A DNA stretch of 63,169 bases, filler included, from Octopus bimaculoides (Eukaryota), in the NCBI RefSeq assembly GCF_001194135.2. It is 4 parts of 4 records of this genome, joined end to end, with 100 filler letters (N's around TTAATTAATTAA, not from the genome) between each part and the next. Parts side by side here need not be neighbours in the genome. Positions count along the whole stretch, not along the records: positions 19,517 to 36,917 come from NC_068986.1; positions 37,018 to 51,988 come from NC_068982.1; 2 more parts are not named here. The stretch is one strand, 5' to 3'. The position numbers were made by a program, and so were the translations under genes. Of this stretch, positions 24,601 to 37,960 are shown one piece after another. Position 1 is the first letter of the stretch, and each line of letters opens with the position of its first letter. Below the pieces are notes generated by a model that saw nothing but the letters and a program-made list of their open reading frames with translations, ran no database searches and was not told the origin of the DNA.

Positions 24601-25151
24601 AATGTTTCTGTGAAAATTTCAGATATGGAGACTCACGCCATGGAAGGCGACACTCCAAATTTGAACAATACCACTGAGCTGTTGAATGAATTGTATGAAG
24701 AAATGTTCCCCTCCCTTCCCGGCAGTGTGCCGGAGGAGGAAAACAGCTCTTCCAAGGAAGAAGACAACAATTAACACGACTAAAAGGACCGACCAACAAA
24801 ATTTAAACAAAAGTGAACTTTGCATCAATAACTACTGTCAACCAAGAGCTTTTAGACAACATAACGGAACTAGAGAAATTTAAAACTATGTTGAAAATGA
24901 GCGGAAATAACTTAAAACTTACTCCAGTAGGTCACCAAGCTACACCAGCAAAACTGATGGGGCCAAGGCCTGGATATTTTAATCCAGGCCACTGAACAGG
25001 ACCTCGATGAACTGCCGGATTTCATACGACACTACACTGCGCGTTATGGTGGAAGGACGCAGGCCACACTACTAAAAGTGTGGCCAATAAGCCACATTAA
25101 AGCCTAGTTGATATGTATCCTGTTGCTTCAATAATAATAGGTAAGTATGTA

Positions 25152-26416
25152 CAGGATGATCAACCCAAGTGTAGATATTTGTCTTGCTTAAATTCAATTA
25201 ACATTTCTTTTCTTATTTCAGAAATTTAATACTCTTAGCATTTAAGGTAGTAGTGAAGCTAATTTATACCTGAAATTTAATATACTTGAAGCTAGCATGA
25301 GTGGAATAAGTAAAGCAATTGAAGAGCTATTCAAGAAAGGAAAAACTCCAAGCGAGATTTTCAAGATTTTGAAACCCACTATCAGCAGATCAGGAGTCAA
25401 AAAGTAACCAAACGGATAAAAGAAACCGGTTCTTGCTTAACAAGAGTGAAAACTACTCCACCTCGACCAGTAAGAACCCAAAAACTCATCAAAAACACCA
25501 AAGAAAAGATCAGGCCCAGACCATAAATTCGCTTCAGAAGCTGGTACAAGCTATGGAACTATGCATAATTTGTTGAAAAATGATCTTCAGTTATTTCCAT
25601 TCAAGATACCAAAAGAAAATATTTTGTCTGAAGCCACAAAGGGAAAAAGACTGCAAAGAACAAAGCTTCTTCTGCAAAAGCTAAGAAATGGCACGCAGCC
25701 ACCAATACTGTACACAGATAAAAAGTTATTCAGTGTTCAAGCGTGCCACAATCCACAATCATATATATACAATAAATCAAGAGGACATTCCTGTTGAACA
25801 AAGATTATCCTTTCGGTGGCAGAAACCTGTATCCATAATGCTGTGGGCAGGTGTGACCTCAAATGGCTTAAAAACCCCTCTGATTTTCATTGAAGAGAGT
25901 GTGAAAATCAACCAACATGTTTATTTGGACATGTTAAAAGATAGAGTAGTCCTTTGGGTTATTGCAACAATGGGAAACAAAGGTGTAACTCTCCAACAAG
26001 ATGGCGCAACATCTCATACGGCTAAAACGTCCCAGAATGGTGTCGAGAGAATTTCAAGGCGTTCTGGTCGAAAGAGTTCTGCCCCCCTTTCCTTTTCACC
26101 CAACCTGAATCCGATGGACTTTAGCATATGGTCTATCCTTTGTGCTAATTCTCACACAAGTCTCAAAGCTCTTGAACACCATATGCGAAAATGCTGGGAC
26201 AAAATATCCGAAGAAACTGTTTTTACCACTTGCTCCCAAGCTGTTCCTAGACTCCGGCAGGTAGCCTCCGTCAAATGTGGATATATTGAAAATCGAATAT
26301 ATCATCTGAACCTACATTTTCTGGGCTTTATTTGAGCATATTTAAATTCGATATATCATTTTGTATCGAGATGTTATTTGAATAAATACATGTCTCCACT
26401 TCGTCTGATCACCCTG
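25152..26416 (+). mobile_element. Full-length Tc1/mariner element, maT (DD37D) family, decayed transposase
   Basis: TA flanks at 25150-25151 and 26417-26418. Imperfect ~30-bp TIRs (caggatgatcaacccaagtgtaga vs cagggtgatcagacgaagtggaga). ATG at 25297. Motifs YTDKKLF, LQQDGATSHTAK and SPNLNPMDFSIW; spacing is 37 after repairing frameshifts. Confidence 0.9.
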
Positions 26417-27717
26417 TATATATGCATGCATGTATGTGTATGTATGTATGTATGTATGTGTGTATGTATGCATGCATGAATGCAAGTATGTATGTATTTA
26501 TGTATGTTGCCCCATGCTAAATGCACTCGGAACAAGTGCACCCTTTACTGCGGTACCAAAAGCCGCCAGACCAAGAAAACAATATGGCTACTAATAACTT
26601 GCAATAAAGTTTGATAAAAGAACGGAAGCGGAACAGCGAGAAGTACAAAACCCCTTTTTCAGATTAAATCCTTTAGACTGTCAATAAAGTATCTTTGTAG
26701 TAAATGAAATGGTAATATACATACATGTATACATACATATACAAATGCGTACACACACAATCAACACCTTCACACATACATACATGTATACACAAGCATA
26801 CAAAATATATACATATACTACTATACAAATGGAAGTATATATCTATACATGCATATTCCCAAGGAGTAATTTAGATGAAAAAGTATTATTGAGCGTACAA
26901 AAAGCCATTGAAATTTCGAATCCAAGTAAGTATATTGAGAAGAAAAATTTGTGAGGGAAGTAAAATTAAGATTCCGTGGGAAGACTAATCTGGTGATGGT
27001 GAAATTTTCATTTTTGATATTCAGATAACTCCGAGAGACTTTAATCTGGATAAAATGTGTCTTTCTGCCGCGCAAACCTGTATTACATAAACAATTTCGC
27101 ACATCTGAATTCATGCTGTTCAATTAAGTTTTGAAACATGAACTGGCACAATGAGTCGCCTAAATCAGAAACTATTTTTATTATTCATCATAAGGCTGCG
27201 AGCGGGCAAAGCCGTCATCGCACTGAGCAAAACGCTTAGCAGCATTTCGTCTGTCTTTACATTCTGAGTTCAAATTTTGCCGAGGTTGACTTAATGTTTC
27301 ATATTTCGGGGTCAAGTACTGGAGTCGATGTATTCGGCTTAAACCCTCCCTTGAAAATACCGCTGGTCATGTGCTAAAATTTAAAATCATTATCATTCTC
27401 CATCTCACCAATTCTATAATTTTCAGGACATTCAACGAATTTCAACTTATTATCTTCCAAATACATTACAAAGCTTATAACCAAAAGAATGTGAAGAAAT
27501 CTCTGCTCAAAAAGTGTATAAAATATTTTGAAACAAAAAAAAAAATCTTAGAAAGTATTTTTAAAATATGAGCTTATTTTGAAGACCAATTCCTTCCCAT
27601 CTACGTCATCAATTATTTTTTTGTTCAAATATAAATATATTGGGGTTGTATAGTGCTGCAAACTATTAAAAGCAAATAGCCTGCTTTAATTTTTTTTTAT
27701 ATCATCTTTGATATATT

Positions 27718-27905
27718 TTACTTGCTTGAGTCATTAGGCTGTGGTCATGCTGGGGCACCGCCTTGGAGAATATTTTAGTCGAATGAATCGACCCCAGTAC
27801 TTAATTTTTTTAAGCCTGGTACTTATTCTATCGGTCTTTTTTGCCAAACCGGTAAGTTATGGGGATTAAACACACCAGCACTTGTTGTCAAGCGGTGCTG
27901 GAAGA
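27718..27905 (-). mobile_element. SINE A tail half. Similar copies at 10480-10640, 36490-36645 and 54590-54680, all minus strand.
   Basis: Matches the family A tail from the microsatellite onward. Confidence 0.7.
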
Positions 27906-27919
27906 CAAAACACGCACAG

Positions 27920-27952
<33 letters not shown>

Positions 27953-28481
27953 TGTGATATACCAACATGTGATAAATAACGGGTAAAGACCCCCACCTTC
28001 GGCCATGAACGACCATGGGACTGCACCTAGCAAAGCTGTTTAAGGAAAACCAGCAGTCGCCAATGCATACCGGCCTCTCCTCTCCACGTCACCGATGTTA
28101 TCTAAGGGAAACGCAAAAGCCAATACAGCTTGGCACCAGTGACGTCGCAACTTATTTCTCAGCCGAGTGAACTGGAGCAACGTTAAATAAAGTGTCGTGC
28201 TCAAGAACACAACACAACACACAGCCTGGTCCTAAAATCGAACTCACTACCTCGTGATTGTGAGCCTGACACTCTAATCACACAGCCATGCGTCTTTACT
28301 ATGTGTGATAAATAAATGTATACTGTATCAATCTGATACTGGTGGAACTTTTTACATTTTAGCTGATGTGTGTTTCAGCAGAAACGCCGTTGCTGAGTAT
28401 AATGATCCTGTCTTAGTTTGTGAAATAAAGGAAAACAACCAACCTCAGTAAAGAGGATTTTGATAGAGTTGTGCCTCTTAC

Positions 28482-28664
28482 GAATGTGTTGGAACCATAA
28501 ACTCTGAAAAATACATCGAAATACTTAAGCAAGGACTGCTTCCAATGTATTCACACGATAACATGACGAAAAATGAGTTTTTATTCATGGATGATGGGGC
28601 TCTATGCCACACAGTGAAAAGGAATCAACAACTGCTGACTGAAAATGGGATCAAAAAGCTTCCT
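28482..28664 (+). mobile_element. Tc1-family transposase fragment
   Basis: ECVGTINSEKYIEILKQGLLP...FLFMDDGALCHTVK...ENGIKKLP; second catalytic Asp motif. Ends at a microsatellite and gap. Confidence 0.75.
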
Positions 28665-29049
28665 TATGTGTATGCATATATATATATATATANNNNNNNN
28701 NNNNNNNNNNNNNNNNNNNNNNNNNNNNNNNNNNNNNNNNNNNNNNNNNNNNNNNNNNNNNNNNNNNNNNNNNNNNNNNNNNNNNNNNNNNNNNNNNNNN
28801 NNNNNNNNNNNNNNNNNNNNTATATATACATATATATATATAAATTTACATATATATACATGTATACAAACGTGCAAGTACTTGTATATATTCATATATA
28901 CGTATGTTTATATACATGTGCATACGTGTATTTGTATGCGTATAGACATATGTATATCAGTATGTATATGTATGTGCGCATGCGTTGATACATATGTATT
29001 GTGAGTGTGTGTGTATGTGTGTGTATGCGTACGTTTGTGTATGTGTGTT

Positions 29050-29081
<32 letters not shown>

Positions 29082-29136
29082 TGTGTGTGAGAGAGAGAGT
29101 GTGTGTGAGTGTGTGTGAGAGAGAGTGTGTGTGAGT

Positions 29137-29175
<39 letters not shown>

Positions 29176-29185
29176 NNNNNNNNNN

Positions 29186-29241
<56 letters not shown>

Positions 29242-29568
29242 ACGTGTATGTATGTGTGTATGTGTAAGAAGAGTTTGTGTATGCTTGTTACTTATCGTAC
29301 CTCCTGATATTTATGTGTCGATGAGTATGCGTATGTACAGGTGTGTAAGTGCACGCACTCGCGTGTAGAAATAGCTATTTTTACTGTGACAAATATAGCA
29401 TATAAGCTTCAGAAATATCACTAATTATTGTACAAACATTTCAAGATTTTAATGTAATAAACGTGAAATACTCGAGGACTTGTATTTTTTCCGCGAAAGA
29501 CATTTTTATTTCTTTGTAGCAGTTTGTTCAATATCATACATTTATGTATATGCCAATGTGTGAGTGCG

Positions 29569-29607
<39 letters not shown>

Positions 29608-29768
29608 CTACCTATATATAATAAACATCTATAAACATATACAAGAATGTTTATGCACTTAGTATATACATGTATATGTATATGCGAAGAGATGTATATG
29701 TATGTACGTATGTACGTATGTATGTATGAATGTATGCACGTATGTATGTATGCATGTATGTATGTATG

Positions 29769-29821
<53 letters not shown>

Positions 29822-30149
29822 GTCTGTCTATCTAACTTCCTATCGGTATGTCTATGTATGTATGTATGTATGTATGTCATTATTTAGTTTTATTTCAAGA
29901 TTTCTTGCCAATAGAGAAAGAGCCGGTTTCTAACCTAGATCTAAGGCTCCTTCATTAAAATTTCAACATTTTTGTATGTATGTATGTATGTATCTATGTA
30001 TGTATGTATGTATGTATGTATGTATGCCATTGTTTAGTTTTATTTCAAGATTTCTTATGTACACCTGTATGTATGTACCTATATATGCAAGTAAGTATAT
30101 AATGTATATGTGTGTGTGAGTGTGTGTGTAGACACACACACACTCACAT

Positions 30150-30370
<221 letters not shown>

Positions 30371-30447
30371 GTTATTTATAAATACATTTATATGTTATGT
30401 ATAAATATTTATATATACTATGTATGTATATAGTTATATATGCTGTG

Positions 30448-30487
<40 letters not shown>

Positions 30488-31015
30488 GTTTGTGTGTAAA
30501 CATACATTAATACATTCATACATACGTACATATGTAGATGCATACATGCATTTATACGTACATATATTTATATATATTCGCATATGCATGCGTATTCATA
30601 AACACAGGTACATACGTACACATTAATGTGTGCTTGTGTGTGTGCGTTTGTGTATATGTTTGTCTGTCTGTGTCAGTGCATGTGTGTATTTATAATGCAA
30701 TGTAATTTTAATATAGATGCAAGAAGAAAATGCAAAATACACAAGGCTTTATATTGAAAGTTCTTTTCCTTTACTGATAAGATTGAATAAGCAATCGAAA
30801 CATGGTCTTTTCTGATGCAAAATGATATTGATTTTAATAACTGAACTTCTTAGTGTATTTTGCATGTATATTATTGTGTCCATTTTATAATAGTTCTAAG
30901 TTACAGCACTGGGCACTGTGATTAATGCAGAAAGCTGTAGCGAAAGTTATAGAGAAATATACGATATAAACACGGACAAACAGACGGACAGACAGACGGA
31001 CAGACAGACGGACAG

Positions 31016-31081
<66 letters not shown>

Positions 31082-31093
31082 GGACGGACGGAC

Positions 31094-31150
<57 letters not shown>

Positions 31151-31169
31151 TAAACGTACATAATTCTCT

Positions 31170-31310
31170 TAGAAATCTATAAACTGGACAGTTCAAATCA
31201 TCCACAAGTGTAAGAAAATTTATGAAGGAATATTACAGAAACATTAAATTAATACTTAAAGCAGAACTAAATGCCAAACAAAGCAATTAGCATCAATATT
31301 CTAGATGAAT
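31170..31310 (+). mobile_element. R4/Dong-like LINE relic, post-RT region
   Basis: KEYYRNIKLILKAELNAK is homologous to ECYRRVREILMTKLNAR in the 47670-49767 copy. Confidence 0.55.
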
Positions 31311-31869
31311 CAGTAAAACTATTTTAATATTTTCGATTGGACGCGAAACGAACTAAAGAGAGTAGAGAGAAAAAGAAAACAATGACAGCATTTAGAAAAT
31401 ACAACCAACACTATCATGTTAGTTTTCAGGCATGACAGACTTTGGCTTTATTTTCACTGATGTATATGCCAGTATTATGAAATGCTAACAGAAAAGAGAT
31501 TGTGATATAAACTTATATTGGCACAGCACTCCTTTGGTTACGACAATGAGGGTTCCAGTTGATCCGATCAACGGAACAGCCTGCTCATGAAATTGACATG
31601 CAAATAGTTGAGCACTTCATAGACATGCATTTCCTTAACGAAATCCTCAGGGAGATTCAGCGTGACACAGAGTGTGACAAGACTGGTCTTTTAAAACACA
31701 CACACTACTCATTTTTGCCAACCGAGTGGACTGGAGTGACGTAAAATAGAGTTTTGCTCAAGGACATAACGCGCCGCTAGGAATCGATCTCATGACCTTA
31801 CGATCGTGAGCCGAATCCTCAAACTACTAAGCTACGCAATTACAGTCATATAAACATACATATGAAAAG

Positions 31870-32640
31870 ATCACCAAGTATTAAAGACAACGCGGCTTAA
31901 GTCTGGGATATGCCAATAAACAGGGACAAGATAGTGTTATTCGCCTGGATATGTTTGTCAAGGACCACCAGAAAAGAATATGCCTCGTAATCGAAGCATT
32001 AAGACTTTTTCCTAGAGAGGCATTTATTAATTTCCAAAAAGTACAAAGCTCTGTCTTTCAAAGTAAGATCCTTTGACTTCAACCCTCTTGTTTTAGCGTA
32101 CCAGCCACTTCGTGAAGGCCCCATGGAAGTCCTCCAAAGTGAAGGTACCCAGGATCCTTGTCACAGCTTCCATCTTCTCTATGTCTTCAAACTGACTGTC
32201 TCTGAAGTTCTGCTTCTGCGGGGTAACAACCAAAACTTACAGGAGCAAGGTCTGAATAGTACAGAGGGTGCGGGACAGTTTTTGATACCCATCTTAGTCA
32301 AGCAGTTCGTTACCAGGATGGAATTATGACAATCGATGTTTAGTAGGGTGTGTTCAAACTGCTGCTATAGCCTTCTCCTTCAATCTGGAATAATTGTAAC
32401 TGTCTCTCCTTAAAAGTCACAAAACTTCTGGAATGCACCTCATATATGTCCCAACAGATGATAACGATCTCTAAGAGAAATGAAGAAAATATCCAAATAT
32501 AAATATCTCGAAATAGAGAACTGTGAAGGTTGAAAAAAGAATCACGTCTACTATTTTAGGTGTTTGGGGAATGATCAATACCATACAGGCAATTAATACA
32601 TAAACAAAACTCCAGGTACTGGCTACTTCGCCATATTACT
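31870..32640 (+). mobile_element. R4/Dong-like endonuclease relic split by the mariner at 32016-32441
   Basis: WDMPI..FVKD..RICLVI before the insert; REMKKISKYKYLEIE after it. Confidence 0.55.
32016..32441 (-). mobile_element. Mariner deletion derivative inserted in a LINE relic
   Basis: Minus strand encodes frameshifted HNSILVTNCLTKMGIKTVPHP.Y.DLAP and TLEDFHGAFTKWLVR..VEVKGSYFE, i.e. the mariner C-terminus. Confidence 0.7.
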
Positions 32641-35152
32641 TCACAACTGTTACCAGTTGCCCCAAGTCTGTCTCCTGTGACATATCCTATAGTATGATAC
32701 AAGAGATTCATCATCACATTTATGTTGAGCAAAGCTCTTCATATTCGCTGTAGGATTGGGAAGCCACAGTACTGGTGTAGTGTCCATTTCCGGCATTCAA
32801 CACGGTGCTCTATATTGGAAGTACTTTTTCGGTCTGTGCTATTGTAAGGTTTTGGAATGTTCGAAGATTCTTGCCGACAAACTAGTATATCTCCTTCTCT
32901 GCAAGCGATATAAGACCTTGACCCACGATATTCTTCCTATGATTCTCTCAGTACCCCGCTTATGGTTGCCCGAGGCATAATCTTCTGGCTCTTGTTATTT
33001 GAACAAATGCTCATGAGGTTTTGCAGCTATTCTAGTATTTTTATTGTTCGTGATGGTATTATTTGCGGCTTAATAAGAATTCTTGTTGCTGTTGCTGTTG
33101 TTGCTACTGTTGTCGCTACAGCTAATATTGCTTCTGTTGTCACTGCTGCTTTGCCAATGTTCTGGATCATCACCTTTGCATTTCTATGGCCCAAATATTG
33201 GAGCCCAGATACATGGTTCGGCGTGTTCCTCACAATTTTTAACTTGCCTCTTCGCTCATTGTTCTATTCCAGATTTCAGATAGATACACCCGTAAGTATT
33301 CAGCAGTGGATAGCAAATACTTCTCCCTATGAGCCTGATAGGCCTTCTACCAGCTATTGTTTTTGAAGGTAACTGAAAGCTTTCACCATTTTTCAGTAAA
33401 CACAAACAAGTGACTAACCTCTTTGACATTTCTTGGCAAAGATGCACAGTCTCGCTTCACATCGTTTCACAAGACTACTTTCTTTTACGCGTATTGAGTC
33501 ATATCCAGGTGTCCTGTTGAGCTAGCAACACTGATAAAACTACCAATCGCGAAAAAAACTTTGTTTACACTCTTGATTAATATGTATATGTGAATACCGT
33601 TGTTATTGTTATTGTTACAACTAATAGTTTCGCCCCCATTTTGTGTGTCAATATTTTTAATGCCCATCAAATAACTATTTTTAATCTTTTTTTCTTTCGA
33701 TTATTGACTTGTGCGCGTTTATGCAATTAATAATATACATTTTTTTTAAATGTGCTCTATTTATTAGTACTTTTGGGGACGATCCCGTTTTGTTGCTGCT
33801 AAGGCAGACGCCATGTTTTGCTATGCGTTTGAAAGCTAGATATAAAAAATAAATGTCTAAAAAAAAAAAAAGGCAGACTTTAAAGCCTCCCCCAGTATGG
33901 GGAATGTGCCTCTGGGATTTTCAATAAGGTTCTCTTGGGAAATAATCCGGAAAGGAATAATTCACATTCATTAACATCGTGATAATAATCCAAAGTCTTC
34001 AGAGATGGTAAAAACGCGACATTCCAACAACAATGNNNNNNNNNNNNNNNNNNNNNNNNNNNNNNNNNNNNNNNNNNNNNNNNNNNNNNNNNNNNNNNNN
34101 NNNNNNNNNNNNNNNNNNNNNNNNNNNNNNNNNNNNNNNNNNNNNNNNNNNNNNNNNNNNNNNNNNNNNNNNNNNNNNNNNNNNNNNNNNNNNNNNNNNN
34201 NNNNNNNNNNNNNNNNNNNNNNNNNNNNNNNNNNNNNNNNNNNNNNNNNNNNNNNNNNNNNNNNNNNNNNNNNNNNNNNNNNNNNNNNNNNNNNNNNNNN
34301 NNNNNNNNNNNNNNNNNNNNNNNNNNNNNNNNNNNNNNNNNNNNNNNNNNNNNNNNNNNNNNNNNNNNNNNNNNNNNNNNNNNNNNNNNNNNNNNNNNNN
34401 NNNNNNNNNNNNNNNNNNNNNNNNNNNNNNNNNNNNNNNNNNNNNNNNNNNNNNNNNNNNNNNNNNNNNNNNNNNNNNNNNNNNNNNNNNNNNNNNNNNN
34501 NNNNNNNNNNNNNNNNNNNNNNNNNNNNNNNNNNNNNNNNNNNNNNNNNNNNNNNNNNNNNNNNNNNNNNNNNNNNNNNNNNNNNNNNNNNNNNNNNNNN
34601 NNNNNNNNNNNNNNNNNNNNNNNNNNNNNNNNNNNNNNNNNNNNNNNNNNNNNNNNNNNNNNNNNNNNNNNNNNNNNNNNNNNNNNNNNNNNNNNNNNNN
34701 NNNNNNNNNNNNNNNNNNNNNNNNNNNNNNNNNNNNNNNNNNNNNNNNNNNNNNNNNNNNNNNNNNNNNNNNNNNNNNNNNNNNNNNNNNNNNNNNNNNN
34801 NNNNNNNNNNNNNNNNNNNNNNNNNNNNNNNNNNNNNNNNNNNNNNNNNNNNNNNNNNNNNNNNNNNNNNNNNNNNTGAGTAAACTTTGTAATATAAAAC
34901 TACAAACTCTGCCCTCAAACGCGTTGAGTACTTGTTTCAAATGCTACCGTCCTACCACTTTCACAATAACCATACCTGTACTACTATATGTGTGGGCACG
35001 TACGTATATGTAGGTTTAGGGATAGATATATGTATATATATAGAGAGAGAGAGAGAGAAAGAGAAAAAAGAGAGAGAAAGAGAGAGAAAGAGAGGCGAGG
35101 AGGTAAAGAAGGAAGAGTTTTTTTTTGTTTTTTTTTTTTGCAGACAACTTAC

Positions 35153-35241
35153 AGAGGTGTTATCAGTTGGAAACTCTGCGTAACGGATGCTAGCAAGCTA
35201 ATGGGACCATCAGGAGAGAATGCGCATCGTTTCTGGATCTT
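35153..35241 (-). CDS. Candidate orphan exon of an unidentified gene
   Basis: Acceptor tctatttttctgcctgcctttcag, donor CT|gtaagt. Only one open frame: KIQKRCAFSPDGPISLLASVTQSFQLITP. No partner exons identified. Confidence 0.35.
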
Positions 35242-35649
35242 CTGAAAGGCAGGCAGAAAAATAGATAGATAGGTAGATAGATAAGTCAAAAATTACTCTG
35301 GTAGTTGAAAAAATTTGGAATATTTTTCACATATGATGCCTGGATGGAAAATAAATATATCCCGTGCATCACATGTGATACACAGGAGGGGTAAATGGTT
35401 GATGTAGAGACATAGCTGAATGCCTTATAAACTCTGGTATTGGTCCCGAGATAGCAAAAGAGATGCTTTCTCGAAGCGAATACCGCAGTTTGTACGGCTT
35501 TCAACGATATATCTGCTTTATGTATGTAACATAGATTGCTATTTTGAACTAATACTGCTTTTCTCGCCAATAACGAATGTGTGTGTATAAGTATGTGTAA
35601 GTATGTATGTAGATTTATATATATACATGTGTGTATATGAATGTACACA

Positions 35650-35706
<57 letters not shown>

Positions 35707-35872
35707 CATTATTATTATTATTATTATTATTTCGCTTAGGTATAACGATACTAATAACTTGGTGTTGGATTTCAATACACATACGCTTCAGAACAAAGCT
35801 TCAGTCAAGTACAGAGCAGTAATAAGAAATTAAAATGACATGAGTATAAGAAATTATGCCCTGCACTTCATT

Positions 35873-35953
35873 AGCTGATAGCTGTTTCTGCTATAAAATG
35901 CAATGCACTCATAGTTGAATATTTGTGCATCTCCCTATAGCTTCATCGGAGCT
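35873..35953 (-). ncRNA. Hammerhead-like motif with long stem II and CCGATGA core
   Basis: Minus strand reads AGCT-CCGATGA-a-GCTATA..ATGCAC..GTGCAT..TATAGC-a-GAAA-CAGCTA-TC/AGCT. Stem III is one substitution from the CAGCTG palindrome. Confidence 0.5.
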
Positions 35954-35988
35954 TCAAAAGTGCAATTGTATTTGGAAAAACGCTTACA

Positions 35989-36064
<76 letters not shown>

Positions 36065-36864
36065 GAAAAGTATTACCAACGGAAAAAGCATAAATGAATT
36101 GAAGCGTAAAATGTCGGCGTATGAGGTTCGGCTCAGTCGAGAAGACAGAACAATTCTTAGTCAACTTGAAATTATAAAGGTTTTAACAATAAGCGCAACT
36201 AGTAGGCCTAGAAAAACATATCACAAACATATACACAAGAACTGGTTATCGACATATATAGATATCTTAAACGAATTCGTTTTATGTTTGTTATTTGCAA
36301 TACAGTTATGTACAAATAGTTGTGTGCAACATTTCTTCAACTTAGAAGGACGACTACAGGTGATACTCGTGAAATTAATATTATTTTGAGCAACGTAAAG
36401 ACGAGGATCGCTACTCAAGCCAGTATTTGGTTGGAAAATATAAAATATATATATATTTCATCTTTTATCTTTCATTTCTTTCATGTCATTAGACAGCAAG
36501 TATACTTTGAACAGATTCGTTGAACAAATCGACCCCAGTACAGTTATCAGCCTGGTGTTTATTCTTTTGGACACTATTTGCCGAACCGCTATTTGCAAGG
36601 GCGTAAACAAACAAACACTGGTTGTAAAGCGGCGATGGCGGGCAAGCACAAACATGAAGACGCACTCACACACACACACACACACAAACACACAAACACA
36701 CACACACAGAAATGCGCGCGTACACACACACACACACACACATTATGTTATTCTCCATAATGATCTGCAGAAGTACTCAATACAAATACACACAGCATAT
36801 GTTTATTGAGGCAGGCCCAATGTAACTGGTAAGAAGAGGAACTTATATATATGTATGTGCTCCA

Positions 36865-36917
<53 letters not shown>

Positions 36918-37716
36918 NNNNNNNNNNNNNNNNNNNNNNNNNNNNNNNNNNNNNNNNNNNNTTAATTAATTAANNNNNNNNNNNNNNNNNNNNNNNNNNN
37001 NNNNNNNNNNNNNNNNNTATATGCGTCCGTATACGCACATATGTTATATGATCCTATTATATGATCCTAAATAGTAATCATCCTCCTGCATATTTAGATA
37101 AGATTGATGTATTCAAACTACTTCTTTCAACCTCTAAACCCACATATTTGTTATTTTACTGCACGCATCAAATATCAAAAGCTTCCCCACCCCTACTTCT
37201 TCTGTAACCCAAAGCAGTCAAAGCCATGAATTTGGATAACAAAATTGACGGGATTGTACTGAATATCGTAAACGAGAAATTATGATTTTATTGAAATTTT
37301 TCTCGCAGGCACTGAAGGAATACAAAACTTTTGTGGTAGGTGGCAATTGTTAGAAACTCTGAATGAAAAGTGGAGATAAGTTCAAGAAATTCAAAAAAAT
37401 TTCACGATTGACATATGTTTTCGGAAAAAAAAAAGAAAATATAATTTTTACACACATACACATACACATACACACACGCAGATGTGCAATAAGAAAGTTA
37501 GCAAATTGCGTTTATAGCTTAATTCATTGTTCATTTCATTCTTTGATACGATTTTTACTATATACTCTACGGATGTTTTGTGGATTTTCAGATTACTGGT
37601 GCACCAGCATTCTGAAAGACCTTCCCATCTTTCAATTTTCAGATAACCACCATCCATGGAAATGCTTCATAAAGTAAACGCCAACTCATCTACTCACCTA
37701 CTATATACATACATAC

Positions 37717-37960
37717 ATGGTGGTTGTCTACTCCTTACACAGAGTTTGACCACCTCCTGTACCTACACCTTAGCCCCTTAATGTAGTCTGATGTGGCTTT
37801 TTAAACCAGACAATGTTCTGAAAAAAAAACACCTACATAGATTGCACCTCTGATTTGAACTACCAATACCTGCAAATATGTTCTGCTCATTGTGGATCTT
37901 AACATGTCTTTTAAGGCCCCCATTGGATTTGCAAGCCTTCTGGCATACACCATATTCAAA
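37717..37960 (-). mobile_element. LINE 3' end (RTE-like) encoding two decayed C2H2 fingers
   Basis: YGVCQKACKSNGGLKRHVKIH and CNLCRCFFFRTLSGLKSHIRLH*, followed by a short 3' tail running into (ATGT)n. The 5' side abuts a microsatellite. Confidence 0.55.

Noticed and set aside
32660-33500. Ala/Thr/Val-rich ORFs 32962-33366 and 33027-33233
   Set aside because: Driven by a GTT/GCT triplet tract. The flanks look like decayed TE coding sequence with stops and no recognisable domain.
33766-33820. YY1-like CGCCATGTT / aaacATGGCG start (MASALAATKRDRPQK) on the minus strand, with CCAAT nearby
   Set aside because: Short motif, weak donor and no linked downstream exon; cannot support a promoter or first exon.
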